From: Pueribacillus theae
GTDB lineage: Bacteria > Bacillota > Bacilli > Bacillales > UBA6769
Assembly (NCBI RefSeq): GCF_003097615.1
Contig: NZ_QCZG01000013.1
Coordinates: 16,016-80,015 of the forward strand
Direction: 5' to 3'
Length of the DNA stretch: 64,000 bases
Shown here: one piece after another, positions 23,147 through 31,286 of the stretch
Position numbering within the stretch: position 1 is the stretch's first letter
Layout of the letters: the number at the start of each line of letters is the position of its first letter
Made by a program: the position numbers and the translations under genes
The notes under the pieces: model-generated
The model's input: only the letters and a program-made list of their open reading frames with translations
Told to the model about the DNA's origin: nothing
Database searches by the model: none

Positions 23147-24778
23147 TTAATTGTTAACACGAACGGAATCAACCCGGTCCCCTCTGCGAGAGAAAATAAC
23201 TCCCTCACCAGTATTCAGGTGTTGAACTAGAAATCTCTCTACTGGTTTCTCCGACGCTGTTTTAGGAATTTCAGCAAGTACTTGAAAGTAATCGGGATGA
23301 GGGCCTTGACCGATAACCTCGCTAACCTTAGATAGAAAGTCATCGATAACTAGTTTTCTCTTTTCATTCAACACGATAGCGGCAATCACCGTTTTTTCAC
23401 CTGGAGAGTTGCTGTCTAAGGCTACACCGTAGACATACACATCGTTAATGTCGGGATGTTTGGCCAACGCTGTCATCATGTCCTCGACAATAATGAATTC
23501 GCCGTTTCTTCTGACAGCACTGCCACCACGATAGGAGAAGTATACCCAGCCTTCTTCATCTTTGTAGCCGCAGTCTCCGCTTCGAAACCAATTCCCCTTG
23601 GTTTTCTTTTTCGATGCCTCGGGATCCTTAAAGTAGTTGACTGGGTCTGCTTTACCATCGGCATTCCTGAAGCAGATCTCACCGATATCAAAAGGTGCAC
23701 AAGGTTGATCGTGTCTATCAAGAATTTCGCACTGGATACCAGCGGGCGGTTTACCAATGGATCCTACCGGACCAACTCCGGGCGGATTGAAAGTCATCCC
23801 GCCTTCTGCAGTTCCGTAAAATTCAAATATCTTGACGTTGAAACGCCTTTCGAACTCTTCCCACATAGCCGCCGGCATGCCAGCGCTTAAAACAAAACGA
23901 ACATTATGCTGGCGTTCAGAAGGACTTTCCGGCTCGGAGAAAAGCGCTGTCGCCATGCCACCGAGCAAATTGAAAGTGGTGCATCCGTAGTGTGCGACGA
24001 TGTCCCAGAGCCGGCTTTTCGTGAATGTTCGACTAATCACAAGAGGCAGACCCAAAGTAAGGGAATACCCTAAGCTAATAAGTTGAGCATTGGCGTGGGT
24101 TAGAGACAGACCAGTGTAGGGACGGTCCTCTGGTGTCAATCCGAGAAGCGTATGCAACGCGCCCACGCTGGCGAATCGATGGTAATTGGATTGAATGGCT
24201 TTAGGATCGCCAGTGGTGCCAGAAGTAAACAGCATTTGCATAGTATCGCTTAACGGTCTAGGCTTAGCTGGGCTCGGCAATTCTTTTTCCTTGTCAATAG
24301 ATTGAAAAATATGATTTAAGGATGCAACGTAAGGGGTAGAGCAGTAATCGTTATCACTGTCTATCACCCAAGCCCACTCTAGGGGCTCTGGCCATGCCTT
24401 AAGTGCATGAATTTTACCAAGACCTTCTTCAGATACTAGCGCTCCGCGACAATCGGTGTGCAGCACCATAAACGCCAGACGTTCGGGTTGCACCCTAACA
24501 TCGATAGGCACAAAAACTGTCCCCAATATTTCCGATGCTAGCATAGCTTCAACGAACTCTGGATGGTTTCTCATCACCAAAGCAAAACGATCGCCTTCCC
24601 TCAAGCCTACATTTGCTAGTGCAGAAGCCAACATCAAACCATTGTTTAACAATTGTTCAGCGGTACGATTTTCTTCCACGAATGTGTCGTCTTCGATTGA
24701 CACGAAGGTCAGTAATAACTTGTTGGGCTCCTTTTTCGCCCAATGTTGAACGGCTCCCAAAGGAGTAAACATATTCAT
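23147..24778 (-). CDS. AMP-dependent acyl-CoA synthetase/ligase
   Basis: 543 aa with AMP-binding motifs (TSGTTGDPK, YGTAEGG, GDCGY). The start ATG lies inside copy A of the tandem duplication, with AAGGTGA 7 nt upstream. Confidence 0.8.
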   Translation of the reverse strand: MNMFTPLGAVQHWAKKEPNKLLLTFVSIEDDTFVEENRTAEQLLNNGLMLASALANVGLREGDRFALVMRNHPEFVEAMLASEILGTVFVPIDVRVQPERLAFMVLHTDCRGALVSEEGLGKIHALKAWPEPLEWAWVIDSDNDYCSTPYVASLNHIFQSIDKEKELPSPAKPRPLSDTMQMLFTSGTTGDPKAIQSNYHRFASVGALHTLLGLTPEDRPYTGLSLTHANAQLISLGYSLTLGLPLVISRTFTKSRLWDIVAHYGCTTFNLLGGMATALFSEPESPSERQHNVRFVLSAGMPAAMWEEFERRFNVKIFEFYGTAEGGMTFNPPGVGPVGSIGKPPAGIQCEILDRHDQPCAPFDIGEICFRNADGKADPVNYFKDPEASKKKTKGNWFRSGDCGYKDEEGWVYFSYRGGSAVRRNGEFIIVEDMMTALAKHPDINDVYVYGVALDSNSPGEKTVIAAIVLNEKRKLVIDDFLSKVSEVIGQGPHPDYFQVLAEIPKTASEKPVERFLVQHLNTGEGVIFSRRGDRVDSVRVNN

Positions 24779-24880
24779 GATAAAATCACCTTGACTACGA
24801 TGGCAGCGGCATCATTATCAAGCCAGTTGCCACCGTTTTCCACTAAGACGCTCTTGGCGCCTTCCGTTTTATTTTTCATA
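24650..24880. repeat. copy A of a diverged ~250-bp tandem duplication spanning the thiolase-stop/synthetase-start junction
   Basis: Aligns base-for-base (roughly 80% by eye) with 24903..25133. Both copies carry an ATGA stop/start overlap (24775-24778 and 25027-25030). Confidence 0.7.
24775..24879 (-). pseudogene. decayed duplicate of the thiolase 3' end (MKNKTEGAKSVLVENGGNWLDNDAAAIVVKVILS*)
   Basis: Homologous to the C-terminus of the intact thiolase (...VEGAKVALAENGGGWLGNDAAAIVITVLSS). It lies in copy A, and its stop overlaps the synthetase ATG. Confidence 0.6.
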
Positions 24881-24902
24881 GTTACTCCATCCCCTTTCAC
24901 AT

Positions 24903-25133
24903 GTTGACATTAATGCAACCAATTCTGTCCGCCAATGTGTCGCCTTCGAGTAACACGAAGGTTATCAGTAATCTGTTAGGATTCTTTTCCGTCAAATATT
25001 GGACTGCCCCAAAGGAGAAAATATACTCATGATGAAAGCACTGTGATTACGATGGCAGCGGCATCATTACCAAGCCAACCACCGCCATTTTCCGCTAAGG
25101 CAACCTTGGCACCTTCTACTTGACGGGCACCGG
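24903..25133. repeat. copy B of the tandem duplication
   Basis: Contains the real thiolase 3' end plus a decayed synthetase 5' fragment. Confidence 0.7.
24992..25030 (-). pseudogene. decayed duplicate of the synthetase 5' end (MSIFSPLGQSNI*)
   Basis: Homologous to the real N-terminus MNMFTPLGAVQHW. Interrupted by a stop after 12 codons. Its ATG overlaps the thiolase TGA (ATGA). Confidence 0.55.
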
Positions 25134-26226
25134 CAAGACCTCGGAGTTGTTGAGTAAGCTCAAAAATCTGCGCTAAGCCGGTGGCTCCAATAGGATGACC
25201 CTTACGAATTAAGCCTCCAGAAACACTGACAGGAATTCGCCCACCAAGTGAAGTTGCTCCATCTTCCACCAACGCGGGGCCTTCACCTTGACCACACAAC
25301 CCGAGAGCCTCGTAATACATCATTTCCGCCGGCGAAGTAGCGTCGTGAAGCTCGACGAAATCGATTTCCGCGGGATCGATCCCTGCTTGCTGATAGGCTT
25401 TTAGCGCGGTGCTTGCGGTAAGATCCGGTAAATTCTCCAAGTTGGCCCCACTGGCTAAAACCGAACTGCGAACATATACCGACGTTGTTAGACCTAGCTT
25501 TTTTGCCATTTTCGGTGAAACAAGCACAGCGGCCGCGGCACCATCGCCAAGCGGTGAACACATCGGGAGTGTCAGTGGATCGACAATGGTTCTTGCATTC
25601 ATCACATCGTCCACGCTGAGCACATTATGAAATTGCGCGTATTCGTTCAGGCTTCCGTGGTAGGAGTTTTTGGCCGCGATTTGTGCGAAGTGTCGCTTTG
25701 TAGCCCCGCTCGCGTCCATATACTTTTGGGCCATATCCGCATAAATATCCATGAACACAGAATGCCTTTGCGCACTATCCACTTTTCTCCCTAAAAATCG
25801 AGTTAAAACATCTGGGTCAGTCGTATCTGTACAGCCCATAAAAACTTGCCCCACCCGTTGCCTCTCCGGATGGTAGAGCTTTTCCACCCCGAAAGCCAGT
25901 ACCGCATCATAAGCGCCTAGTTCTACCATGGCAGCGGCTTGTTGGAATGCGGTCGAAGCGGTGGCACATGCATTTTCCACATTTATAACTGGAATTTGTT
26001 TATCATTGATGTCTTGAAGCACCACTTGGCCGTTAATACAAACTTGTCCAGTGATTAGCGGCGCACCGGCGGATCCGGCCCAGACCGCTTCAATACTTGA
26101 AAAATCAAGACCGCTGTCACTCAACGCCTGATTGATAGCAAGCAATCCCAAATCTTTGAGAGTCTTATCCGAATGATCACCGAACGGTGTCATACCTACG
26201 CCAGCAATGATCGCTTTCGTATTCAA
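25027..26226 (-). CDS. thiolase-like protein, SCP2/nonspecific-lipid-transfer-type (acetyl-CoA acetyltransferase superfamily)
   Basis: 399-aa thiolase fold (NACATASTA, HDATSPAEMM). GC-rich. Confidence 0.75.
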   Translation of the reverse strand: MNTKAIIAGVGMTPFGDHSDKTLKDLGLLAINQALSDSGLDFSSIEAVWAGSAGAPLITGQVCINGQVVLQDINDKQIPVINVENACATASTAFQQAAAMVELGAYDAVLAFGVEKLYHPERQRVGQVFMGCTDTTDPDVLTRFLGRKVDSAQRHSVFMDIYADMAQKYMDASGATKRHFAQIAAKNSYHGSLNEYAQFHNVLSVDDVMNARTIVDPLTLPMCSPLGDGAAAAVLVSPKMAKKLGLTTSVYVRSSVLASGANLENLPDLTASTALKAYQQAGIDPAEIDFVELHDATSPAEMMYYEALGLCGQGEGPALVEDGATSLGGRIPVSVSGGLIRKGHPIGATGLAQIFELTQQLRGLAGARQVEGAKVALAENGGGWLGNDAAAIVITVLSS

Positions 26227-26228
26227 GA

Positions 26229-27521
26229 CTACATCCCCGCTCTTTCAAAATCGGTCAATAGATCCCCGCCCATAATGGACAGAGCTTCATTACAGCCATC
26301 TTCAATCAATGATGATCGTGCGTCCCGGAAGATTTTTTCTACGGGATATTCCAGTGTCACCCCATTACCACCAAACAACTGTACCGCGGCACTTGCCACT
26401 TCTAGGGCGTGCTCAGTGGCAGTGATTTTTGTAAACATAGCTGCTTGTAAGGCTGGCAAACGGGAAAGCATGTTGTAACGAGCCACTCTTCGTGTTATTG
26501 CACGTGATAGTTCAACTTTCCGTGCCATGTGGAAGATTCGGCGTTTGACGTCCTGATGCTGAATGATAGGAACACCACCTTGCCTTCTTTCGTGAGCGTA
26601 ATCGTAAGCATACTCATAGGCGGCTCTAGCACAACCGGTAAACACCGCGCCCATCAAGGTGTTGGCCTCACTATGTATGGCGTACAATCCTTTTTCGTAA
26701 TCTTTAGGCTCAATCAATAAATGATCAATATCCAATTTGACATTCTCAAAAAAGATTTCCCCTTGCGGTAAAGACCGTTGACCCATTTTCTCCAGCGCGG
26801 GACCCTTTGAGACACCCGGCGCATCCAACGGAACGATTACAACCGCTCCATGGGAAGGATCCACTTTGCCGTCTTTCGTTTTCACTTGGCAATAAAGAAT
26901 AGCTAGTTCCGCGATCGGGCCATTCGATACCCAGGCAGATTTTTGACCGTTAATAATAATCTTCCCATCGGTTATTTCGGCTGAACAACCTGGTGTTCCG
27001 TAGTCTCCGCCTTTCTGGAAAGCGCGTCCTTCAGGATCTAAGCTATCCGTTCCGTGATCGGGTTCAGTAATCGCCCAGCATCCGATCAAAGATTCGTCAT
27101 ATTTTTTTGCGACAAAGTCATTGCCAAATTTCGACGCCATATAATGCGGTAAAAGATCGACGCCCGTCGAGATAGCAAGCCCTGCATCTCCATAACCCAA
27201 TTCTTCGAAGATGACGCAGAAAATATCCGGAATATCTTCCGGCGCAAATGTTGCAAGGGCTTCCACATTGATTCCGAATTGGGTGTACTGTTTTCTGAAC
27301 TCCCAAAATTGAGACTCTTCAGCAATAACTTTTTCGGCTGACAGTCTGTCTAGGGTTTGTCCAATCGGGCGCATTTTGTTTTTCGCGAAATCATTCAGTT
27401 GAGTCTGTAACGCCGATGCGGTTTCATACAGTCCTATTTCCGCCCCTAAATCACCTAGTTTTACTTTGGGGCGTGCGGGCCATTCGTTAAACGTCATGAC
27501 ATCAGATAGATTAGTACTCAA
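26229..27521 (-). CDS. acyl-CoA dehydrogenase family protein
   Basis: 430-aa ACAD fold. TTG start with AGGAGG 9 nt upstream. An alternative ATG lies at 27497. First gene downstream of the sigma-54 promoter. Confidence 0.75.
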   Translation of the reverse strand: MSTNLSDVMTFNEWPARPKVKLGDLGAEIGLYETASALQTQLNDFAKNKMRPIGQTLDRLSAEKVIAEESQFWEFRKQYTQFGINVEALATFAPEDIPDIFCVIFEELGYGDAGLAISTGVDLLPHYMASKFGNDFVAKKYDESLIGCWAITEPDHGTDSLDPEGRAFQKGGDYGTPGCSAEITDGKIIINGQKSAWVSNGPIAELAILYCQVKTKDGKVDPSHGAVVIVPLDAPGVSKGPALEKMGQRSLPQGEIFFENVKLDIDHLLIEPKDYEKGLYAIHSEANTLMGAVFTGCARAAYEYAYDYAHERRQGGVPIIQHQDVKRRIFHMARKVELSRAITRRVARYNMLSRLPALQAAMFTKITATEHALEVASAAVQLFGGNGVTLEYPVEKIFRDARSSLIEDGCNEALSIMGGDLLTDFERAGM

Positions 27522-27569
27522 AATTACTTCCTCCTTAAGAATTATTTGATTCGCTTTATTACTAAACTA

Positions 27570-27585
27570 TGCAATTCTTATGCCA
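27570..27585 (-). promoter_or_regulatory. sigma-54 (-24/-12) promoter TGGCAT-aagaa-TTGCA
   Basis: Reverse complement of tgcaattcttatgcca. Matches the consensus TGGCAC-N5-TTGCA exactly in spacing and at the GG/GC dinucleotides. Lies about 50 nt upstream of the ACAD start. Confidence 0.75.
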
Positions 27586-27603
27586 ACCTTAAAAACATCA
27601 AAA

Positions 27604-27700
27604 AGCACAGGACATAAAGAACCTGTGCTGTAAAGTAAGGTAACAAGGAACTGTCACGTTACAGTATGTGACACTGTAACAAGTTGTAACGTGACACTTT
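27604..27700 (-). promoter_or_regulatory. enhancer (UAS) region with three inverted-repeat sites
   Basis: The sites are AGCACAGG-N10-CCTGTGCT (27604-27629), TGTCACGTTACA (27652-27663) and its reverse complement TGTAACGTGACA (27685-27696). They have the TGT-N-ACA architecture of bacterial enhancer-binding protein sites, at about -40 to -140 from the sigma-54 promoter. Confidence 0.6.
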
Positions 27701-29635
27701 TTACTTTAGTTGAAATTCCTCTTTTTTTCGATAGATTGTCATGCGGGACACATTCAATAATTTTGCAGCTTGTGTTACATTCCCATTTGTCTTTTCCAGT
27801 GCTAGCATTAGCTCATTTTTCCCAATTTTAAATTTCTGCTGCGGAAAACGTTGTTTTTCATTCACTTTCTTCTTATTGGCCGGTAAGATTTCCTTTGGTA
27901 AATGTTTTGGCAAAATTTGTCTCCCGTTCGCATTAAATTTTGACTGTTCGATACAATTTTTTAACTGGCGGATGTTCCCCGGCCATTCGTACTTCATCAG
28001 TAAATCTATTGCTTCACCAGACATCTCGAATAACTTTTTTCCATTCTCAGTAAGGAAAGAGTCAACAAGTAACGGAATATCATCTTTTCTTTCGCGCAAC
28101 GGAGGGAGAGAAAGAGAAATCACATTCAACCGGTAATACAAGTCTTCCCTAAAATTCCCTTTTCTTACCTCTTCCTTTAAATTTTTATGTGTTGCGCAAA
28201 TAACCCTGACATTAATCGGAATAGGTTCTTTTGCGCCTATAGGAAAAACTTCTCTTTCTTCAAGTACCCGTAGTAGATAAACTTGTATGTCGATAGGTAA
28301 ATCAGCAATTTCGTCCAAAAAAATGGTTCCGAGGTCAGCTAACAAAAATTTCCCCTTTTTTCCTTTGGACTTAGCCCCTGTAAAGCTTCCTCCTTCATAG
28401 CCAAACAGTTCGCTGGCAATCAAATCTTTTGGGATCGCTCCACAATTTACTGCAACAAAAGGATATTCACTTCTCGGTCCAAAATAATGAATCGACTGCA
28501 CTAATACCTCTTTCCCTGTTCCGGTCTCTCCAAATATCATCATATTTTGATCACTAAAAGCTGCCTTTTTCGCTTTCTTTATCACTTTTAACATTTCTGG
28601 ATCATTCGTTACAATATTACTAAAATCTTTCTTAGCTGAATTTTTTGATAATTTTAGCAATTTATAGGGTTGCTTTTGAAAAATAACAATTCCCCCAAGC
28701 AAATTACCGCCTAGCTTGTAGGATTGAACATTTACTTTCCACAAATTATCAGCCTGCTGAAATTGTTCAATATTAAATCGTCCCAGTGATTCTAAATTTT
28801 GTACCTCTGAAAATTGTAGGATGTCATATATTGATGAACCTTCTGATATATTTAATAGATAACTAGCCGCTTTGTTACATCTAGTAACTTTTCCATTTAT
28901 GTCAAAGATCAGAAACGGATCCTGCATAAAATCTAGAAGAGATTGCAATGATAATAAGTGATCTTCCATGAGGCGATGCCCTAAAGCCTTTTCGATCTGC
29001 AAAGCCTGATTTATAACGAGATGAATATTATGCGCATGAACAAGTTCTTTCTCGCCAGTAATATTTAGAATTCCAATTATTTGATTGGTCATAGGATCTC
29101 TTATAGGTGCTGCTGAACATACCCAACGATGCCAACCTTGGCAATAGTGTTCGCTTGAAAAAATTTGAATAGGTTTTTCTTCAATTAATGCTGTCCCAAT
29201 AGCATTTGTACCTGTGCTAAGTTCATCCCAGTTACTTCCAGGTACAAAACGATGTCTTTCAACATCCATCCACATTTGGCTGTTCGATTTCGCTTCAATG
29301 ATTACTCCGGTTTTATCACATAAAACCACAGCAATTTTTTGATCAAAGAAATATTGATGAAGTTGCTCCATATATGGATTGGCAATATCTAATAAGAATT
29401 CGTTTTGTTCTATTTTTTCCTTAAGAGAATCACCTTTATATACTAAATCGGCTTCTTTCTTTAACGGATTTATAAAGCTTTGCTTACATCTTCTCCAAGA
29501 TGACAGAATAATCGGGCGCAGATCTTTAGGAAAAACATCCGAAGAATGAAAGCGCTCCCATTTTTTCATAAGAGATTTTTCTAGGGAATGGAATTCATTA
29601 AAAGCACCTACAACCATATTGCGATATTTTTTCAT
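27701..29635 (-). CDS. sigma-54-dependent Fis-family transcriptional activator (AcoR-like: N-terminal GAF/PAS sensor, AAA+ domain, C-terminal HTH)
   Basis: 644 aa with Walker A GETGTGKE, the sigma-54 contact motif GSFTGA, RERKDDI, and a C-terminal HTH (QAAKLLNVSRMTIYRK). GGAGGG RBS. This gene has lower GC than the operon it presumably controls. Confidence 0.85.
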   Translation of the reverse strand: MKKYRNMVVGAFNEFHSLEKSLMKKWERFHSSDVFPKDLRPIILSSWRRCKQSFINPLKKEADLVYKGDSLKEKIEQNEFLLDIANPYMEQLHQYFFDQKIAVVLCDKTGVIIEAKSNSQMWMDVERHRFVPGSNWDELSTGTNAIGTALIEEKPIQIFSSEHYCQGWHRWVCSAAPIRDPMTNQIIGILNITGEKELVHAHNIHLVINQALQIEKALGHRLMEDHLLSLQSLLDFMQDPFLIFDINGKVTRCNKAASYLLNISEGSSIYDILQFSEVQNLESLGRFNIEQFQQADNLWKVNVQSYKLGGNLLGGIVIFQKQPYKLLKLSKNSAKKDFSNIVTNDPEMLKVIKKAKKAAFSDQNMMIFGETGTGKEVLVQSIHYFGPRSEYPFVAVNCGAIPKDLIASELFGYEGGSFTGAKSKGKKGKFLLADLGTIFLDEIADLPIDIQVYLLRVLEEREVFPIGAKEPIPINVRVICATHKNLKEEVRKGNFREDLYYRLNVISLSLPPLRERKDDIPLLVDSFLTENGKKLFEMSGEAIDLLMKYEWPGNIRQLKNCIEQSKFNANGRQILPKHLPKEILPANKKKVNEKQRFPQQKFKIGKNELMLALEKTNGNVTQAAKLLNVSRMTIYRKKEEFQLK

Positions 29636-30034
29636 TCCCGCCCTCCTCTCAAAAAAAATTCTTTGTGAAATATCATTTATAATGCCTGTTTCAACGAGTT
29701 AAATGTGTGCTTCCGTTCGTTTATTAACTAGAGTCATTCTATATAAAATTGCACAAATAGAACAATGCCTCCTTTTTCCAAATAGTAACATAAATATTCA
29801 AAAAAGTTAAACTTCCTAAAAACATATTGTATGAATTATAAGAAACAGTGAGAATTAGCTTTTCAACGAATCCTTATAAGTGTCTACGACTTTCCCCCAC
29901 ACTGTGCCAACACTATCGTCCTCAAAATTGCAAACTCCAGCAACACCAATGTTCCAACACATCTTGGTGCCGTGGAGGTTTTTTTATTCATTTAATCTTA
30001 TGATTTTTTATTTCTTATAAGCCTGCTTTACCTA

Positions 30035-30898
30035 TTATTCACTTTTTAACGTAAACACCGTTAATTCAGGAGAAGAGAGAAAACGCAAAGGCATTCTTGT
30101 CATCCCAATTCCCCTGTTTACGTAAACCACCATGTCAGAATTTCCCACTTTGTACAAGCCTTCCACATATTTTCTTCCAAATTTAGGAGTTACCACTGCG
30201 CCGAAAAACGGAAGCTTAATTTGCCCTCCGTGACTATGGCCGGAAATTTGAAGATCGACAGGGTACCTCGAAGCTAGCTCCGCAATATCCGGTTCATGAG
30301 CAAGCAAAATATTAAAGTGCCGCGGAGATAAATGGCCTAGCGCTTGTTCCAAATGATGCCGGTTAAACACGACATCATCAATGCCCGCAATGCCTATATG
30401 TTCATTTTCTTTCTTAATTTTTACCGTATTGTTTATGAGCAATCTGAAACCTGAATGTTCCATTAGAATTCTATAAAGAAACGTTCCATTGCCGCCGTGA
30501 TCATGGTTTCCATAAATAGCGTATTTTCCAAATGGGGCTCTTATATTTTTCAAAATTGAAGGGATTTCATCCGCTTTCCTGTATGTAAACGGATTATCGA
30601 TTAAATCCCCTGTAAATACCACGATATCAGGTTTCAGTTGGTTGATCTGGCTGGCAAGTTCTTCCAATCGGCCAATTTCATAAAAGCTGCACAAATGGGT
30701 ATCGCTAAATTGGACGATTTTAAAGTGGTTAAAAGCCAGCGGGATTTTCCCTGAAATAATGGGGATTTCCTGAACTGTGAGCCTTCTCGGTTCGATAAAT
30801 CGCGAATAGAAATAGAGTGAGCTAGACAAGGCCACTCCACCAATGAAAAATTTTTTAAAAAATGAACATTTTGTTATCGTCTGATTTTCCCCTTTCAT
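30035..30898 (-). CDS. metallophosphoesterase (YkuE-like), N-terminal TM/signal
   Basis: 287 aa with calcineurin-like motifs (DTH, GDLID, GNHD, GHSHGGQ). Confidence 0.75.
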   Translation of the reverse strand: MKGENQTITKCSFFKKFFIGGVALSSSLYFYSRFIEPRRLTVQEIPIISGKIPLAFNHFKIVQFSDTHLCSFYEIGRLEELASQINQLKPDIVVFTGDLIDNPFTYRKADEIPSILKNIRAPFGKYAIYGNHDHGGNGTFLYRILMEHSGFRLLINNTVKIKKENEHIGIAGIDDVVFNRHHLEQALGHLSPRHFNILLAHEPDIAELASRYPVDLQISGHSHGGQIKLPFFGAVVTPKFGRKYVEGLYKVGNSDMVVYVNRGIGMTRMPLRFLSSPELTVFTLKSE

Positions 30899-30905
30899 TC
30901 AAAAC

Positions 30906-31136
30906 CTACAATCTGCGAAAGTATTCTTGAAACCAACCATCATCCGCAATGGATTTCACTTCAGAAGCGATCATATGCTGCTCGCCTTCATCATCTATTG
31001 TTAGCCAATTGTCTAATTCATCTTTAAAAACGGGATAAACGTATCCCTTTGTGAACAGTACTTGCGCATTTTCAATTTCAATATAGTCATGCAACACTTT
31101 CGCATATACGTTTTTTATGCACTGAACGAGTTCCAT
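30906..31136 (-). CDS. small hypothetical protein (76 aa)
   Basis: ORF directly upstream of the phosphoesterase and likely co-transcribed. No family recognised. Confidence 0.45.
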   Translation of the reverse strand: MELVQCIKNVYAKVLHDYIEIENAQVLFTKGYVYPVFKDELDNWLTIDDEGEQHMIASEVKSIADDGWFQEYFRRL

Positions 31137-31170
31137 TTTTATTCACACCCACTTTCTCATATCTATTTTA

Positions 31171-31223
31171 CCACGGTACAACCGTCCGTAAGAAGTCAGA
31201 GGCCAGATTGGTCTAAATTTGCG
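31171..31223 (-). repeat. copy 3 of the dispersed intergenic repeat (reverse orientation)
   Basis: The reverse complement reads CGCAAATTTAGACCAATCTGGCCTCTGACTTCTTACGG. Lies between the floT terminator and the 76-aa gene. Confidence 0.6.
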
Positions 31224-31248
31224 ACAAAGCAAATTTATACATATTTTT

Positions 31249-31277
31249 TAAAAAGGCAACCCATTAAGAGTTGCCTT
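31249..31277 (-). terminator. floT terminator (AAGGCAAC/GTTGCCTT stem, T-run on minus strand)
   Basis: 8-bp stem. The reverse complement gives hairpin plus TTTTTAAAAAAT. Confidence 0.55.
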
Positions 31278-31286
31278 CAAAATGAA

